From a virus (taxonomy: Duplodnaviria; Heunggongvirae; Uroviricota; Caudoviricetes): a DNA stretch of 7,947 nucleotides. The notes beneath the pieces were generated by a model. It ran no database searches, was not told the DNA's origin, and saw only the letters and a program-made list of their open reading frames with translations. The DNA lies in IMG/VR virus record IMGVR_UViG_2713896907_000004, positions 1 through 7,947 of that record. One strand, written 5' to 3'. Shown here in pieces: positions 6,419 through 7,947 of the stretch. A program made the position numbers and the translations under genes. Each line of letters starts with the position of its first letter. Within the stretch, counting starts at the first letter, position 1.

Positions 6419-6464
6419 TTTCGTACCAATAGTTCTTGATAATATCGAACTATTGGTTCATTAT
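6419..6464 (+). promoter_or_regulatory. OL/PL-like region: operator motifs co-linear with OR plus a PL candidate
   Basis: TTTCGTACcaatAGTtC (6419-6435) and GAACTattgGTT (6447-6458) match the OR motifs TTTCGTACtttcAGTaC and GAACTgaaaGTT in the same order with near-identical spacing. 11-bp perfect inverted repeat accaatagttc / gaactattggt (6425-6435 / 6447-6457). PL candidate: -35 TTGATA (6436-6441), 17-bp spacer, -10 CATTAT (6459-6464). Confidence 0.45.
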
Positions 6465-6510
6465 TGTCACATCAGCAGGACGCTGGAAGCCAAACGGAAC
6501 AGATTGGCAG

Positions 6511-6544
6511 GCTCTTTAACTTCGATGGGGCGCTGACAAAGCGC
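6511..6544 (+). promoter_or_regulatory. nutL: boxA plus P22-type boxB
   Basis: boxA-like GCTCTTTAAC (6511-6520), then boxB hairpin GCGCTGACAAAGCGC (6530-6544), which is the P22 nutL boxB as recalled. Upstream of the N-like gene. Confidence 0.7.
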
Positions 6545-6572
6545 AAACAGATACCAAACGAGATGGGTTTGG

Positions 6573-6655
6573 CGGTGTGTAGCTCAGCAGGTAGAGCGGA
6601 TTCGTTGGCTAAGCCGTGGAATCGCGTCACCAGTTCAAGTATGGTCACACCACCA
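6573..6655 (+). other. tRNA-like element, non-canonical (degenerate tRNA remnant or structured N-leader RNA)
   Basis: Strong D-arm signature TA-GCTC-AGCAGGTA-GAGC. T-arm-like ACCAG-TTCAAGT-ATGGT with a G53/A61 mismatch. Acceptor cggtgtg/cacacca pairs 6 of 7. The anticodon stem gattc/gaatc encloses a 15-nt loop rather than 7. CCA follows at 6653-6655. Confidence 0.3.
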
Positions 6656-6681
6656 AAGCCATTTCACATGGAGAAAAGAAA

Positions 6682-6801
6682 ATGCTGGAAATTATCACCA
6701 ACCCAATTCTCGGTGGGGCAATCATCACTTTCGCAATCGGCATCGGATTCACTATCTGGTCTGAAGTAGATGACTGGATGTGGGAGCGCAAAAACAAATA
6801 A
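6682..6801 (+). CDS. Small hydrophobic peptide (39 aa, single predicted TM helix) in the N leader
   Basis: ATG at 6682 with GGAG 8 nt upstream. Product MLEIITNPILGGAIITFAIGIGFTIWSEVDDWMWERKNK: hydrophobic core then a charged Trp-rich tail. Inside the longer track ORF 6616..6801. Lies between nutL and N. Confidence 0.4.
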   Translation: MLEIITNPILGGAIITFAIGIGFTIWSEVDDWMWERKNK

Positions 6802-6841
6802 TAATCGACACACATTCATGTGTGTCTTCACGGAGGTCATC

Positions 6842-7150
6842 ATGACGGTTATCGTATACGGAAAATCAACATTTGCAGGAAATGCCAAAACTCGCCGTCA
6901 TGAGCGGCGCAGAAAGCTGGCTATCGAGCGTGATTCCATCTGCAACATCATCGATTCGATCTTCGGCACAGACAGTGAGGAAGCTGTTCAGGAAGAACCG
7001 AGAAAGCGTTTAAGCCTTTCTGAAAAAGCAATATCACTCGGCATCATTAGTAAATCAAATACAGATGCGAATGGCGGAAGCGTTTGCCTGCCCGAAGTTG
7101 CACTGTATGCTGCTGGTTACAGGTCAATGAAATCAATTACGGCGAGATAG
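6842..7150 (+). CDS. N: N-like transcription antiterminator (P22 gene 24 type, arginine-rich motif)
   Basis: Internal start of track ORF 6770..7150 at Met 25 (ATG 6842), with GGAGG 5 nt upstream. N-terminus MTVIVYGKSTFAGNAKTRRHERRRKLAIERD carries the arginine-rich boxB-binding motif of P22 N as recalled. Cognate boxB present in both nutL and nutR. Confidence 0.85.
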   Translation: MTVIVYGKSTFAGNAKTRRHERRRKLAIERDSICNIIDSIFGTDSEEAVQEEPRKRLSLSEKAISLGIISKSNTDANGGSVCLPEVALYAAGYRSMKSITAR

Positions 7151-7152
7151 AA

Positions 7153-7419
7153 ATGACTAGCAAACAAGTATCATATAAATGCTATTGCCCTTTATGTGGA
7201 AGAAAATTCAGCGCCAAGGCAGCATGGAAGCATATCAATGATTATCATCCAAAAGCATCAGAACGTGAGTTGATGATGATAAGAGATGTAAAACGAGAAA
7301 AAATTTCTTTCGCAACAAAGCCACTAAACGCCAACAAAAACGCAATATTGTATCAAATGCATCGTTCAAGTGGTCCAGATTATTCTGGAGGGCTTCCATC
7401 TCTTGGAAAGAAAAAATAA
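7153..7419 (+). CDS. Hypothetical small protein with a Cys2-His-type zinc-binding motif (89 aa)
   Basis: Internal start of track ORF 7084..7419 at Met 24 (ATG 7153), immediately after the N stop. Weak RBS (GAGATAGAA). Motif CYCPLCGRKF...HINDYH. No family recognised. Confidence 0.5.
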   Translation: MTSKQVSYKCYCPLCGRKFSAKAAWKHINDYHPKASERELMMIRDVKREKISFATKPLNANKNAILYQMHRSSGPDYSGGLPSLGKKK

Positions 7420-7552
7420 CCACGCTCATGCTGGTTTTTAATGACATAAATAACCCTATTTACTACCGCAAGCCACGCAGTGAAATGGGTGTGACTTGTG
7501 TTGGTCGCCAGAAAATGAAATTAGGCAGCAAACCACTTATTTGAGGTGATAT

Positions 7553-7639
7553 ATGGAAGAAGAATTTGAAGAGTTCGAAGAGCATCCGCAGGATGTGATG
7601 GAACAATACCAGGACTATCCGTATGACTACGACTATTGA
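7553..7639 (+). CDS. Very small acidic peptide (28 aa), possibly coupled to the next ORF
   Basis: ATG 7553 with GAGGTGA 4 nt upstream. Hand translation MEEEFEEFEEHPQDVMEQYQDYPYDYDY. Overlaps the start of the next ORF by 17 nt. Could be coding or only a coupling leader. Confidence 0.3.
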   Translation: MEEEFEEFEEHPQDVMEQYQDYPYDYDY

Positions 7640-7823
7640 TAAAAATCAATGGTGTGGACAATTCAAACGATGCAATGGATGCAAGCTGCAATCGGAATGC
7701 ATGGTTAAGCCTGAAGAAATGTTTCCTGTAATGGAAGATGGGAAATATGTCGATAAATGGGCAATACGAACTACGGCAATGATTGCCAGAGAACTTGGTA
7801 AACAGAAAAACAAGGCTGCCTGA
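7623..7823 (+). CDS. Hypothetical Cys-rich small protein (66 aa, CxxxxxCxxCxxxxxC)
   Basis: Track ORF 7623..7823(+). Start overlaps the preceding acidic ORF. Four Cys in CGQFKRCNGCKLQSEC suggest a zinc ribbon. Followed by a terminator. Confidence 0.5.
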   Translation: MTTTIDKNQWCGQFKRCNGCKLQSECMVKPEEMFPVMEDGKYVDKWAIRTTAMIARELGKQKNKAA

Positions 7824-7842
7824 TGGTGGCCTTTATTTTTGG
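7813..7842 (+). terminator. Rho-independent terminator after the N-downstream small genes
   Basis: Stem aggctgcc (7813-7820) / ggtggcct (7825-7832) with two G-U pairs, loop tgat (contains the TGA stop), followed by TTATTTTTGG. Confidence 0.5.
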
Positions 7843-7947
7843 CATAAACAACAGAATAAACACAGCACTGTGTATTCATTCCAACGAGTGAATACACGGA
7901 GCAATGTCGCTCGTAACCAAACAGGAGCCGACTTGTTCTGATTATTG

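Noticed and set aside
6573-6655. Canonical tRNA gene
   Set aside because: Despite a strong D-arm and T-loop-like motif, the anticodon stem encloses a 15-nt loop, the T-stem has a G53/A61 mismatch and the first acceptor pair is C/A. Kept only as a tRNA-like element.
6616-6681. Longer form of the small membrane peptide starting at 6616 (MESRHQ...)
   Set aside because: That ATG lies inside the tRNA-like T-arm and has no RBS. The internal ATG at 6682 has GGAG at ideal spacing.
6464-6769. Plus-strand ORF 6464..6769 (101 aa)
   Set aside because: Would be translated straight through nutL boxA/boxB and the tRNA-like element. Ser-rich low-complexity product and no RBS.
7084-7152. N-terminal extension of the zinc-finger ORF from 7084
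   Set aside because: It would overlap the 3' end of N in another frame for 67 nt. The ATG at 7153 directly follows the N stop.
6664-7897. Minus-strand ORFs 6664..6888, 7235..7447 and 7646..7897
   Set aside because: Antisense to N and the small plus-strand genes. No RBS or recognisable features.
7904-7947. Partial CDS starting at ATG 7904 at the window edge
   Set aside because: GGAG is only 2 nt from that ATG and the window ends after 14 codons. Cannot be supported from this sequence alone.
1-7947. Integrase, attachment site or IS element
   Set aside because: No recombinase-like ORF, no terminal inverted repeats and no flanking direct repeats are visible. The window lies entirely inside the phage early region.

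Overview
This window reads as the early regulatory and replication core of a lambdoid prophage or phage from an enterobacterium, in lambda-reversed orientation. Nothing here was computed or searched; protein and site identifications are from reading the sequence and recalling the lambda and P22 families. The minus strand carries a rightward-operon equivalent: PR, cro-like, nutR, cII, a 48-aa ORF, an O-like initiator with an embedded origin, a DnaB-type helicase, a tR2-like terminator, then a 71-aa ORF, lar-like, ninB and the start of a phage dam methyltransferase. The plus strand carries a cI-like repressor (HTH plus S24 peptidase), then an AT-richer 348-aa membrane protein of unknown function in the slot lambda uses for rexAB, a terminator, an OL/PL-like region, a P22-type nutL, a structured leader with a tRNA-like motif and a 39-aa hydrophobic ORF, an N-like antiterminator with a P22-type arginine-rich motif, and three small Cys-rich or acidic ORFs. 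The best candidate for an undescribed system is the 348-aa gene at 5171-6217, a possible lysogen-expressed exclusion or defence gene, followed by the tRNA-like element and small membrane peptide in the N leader.
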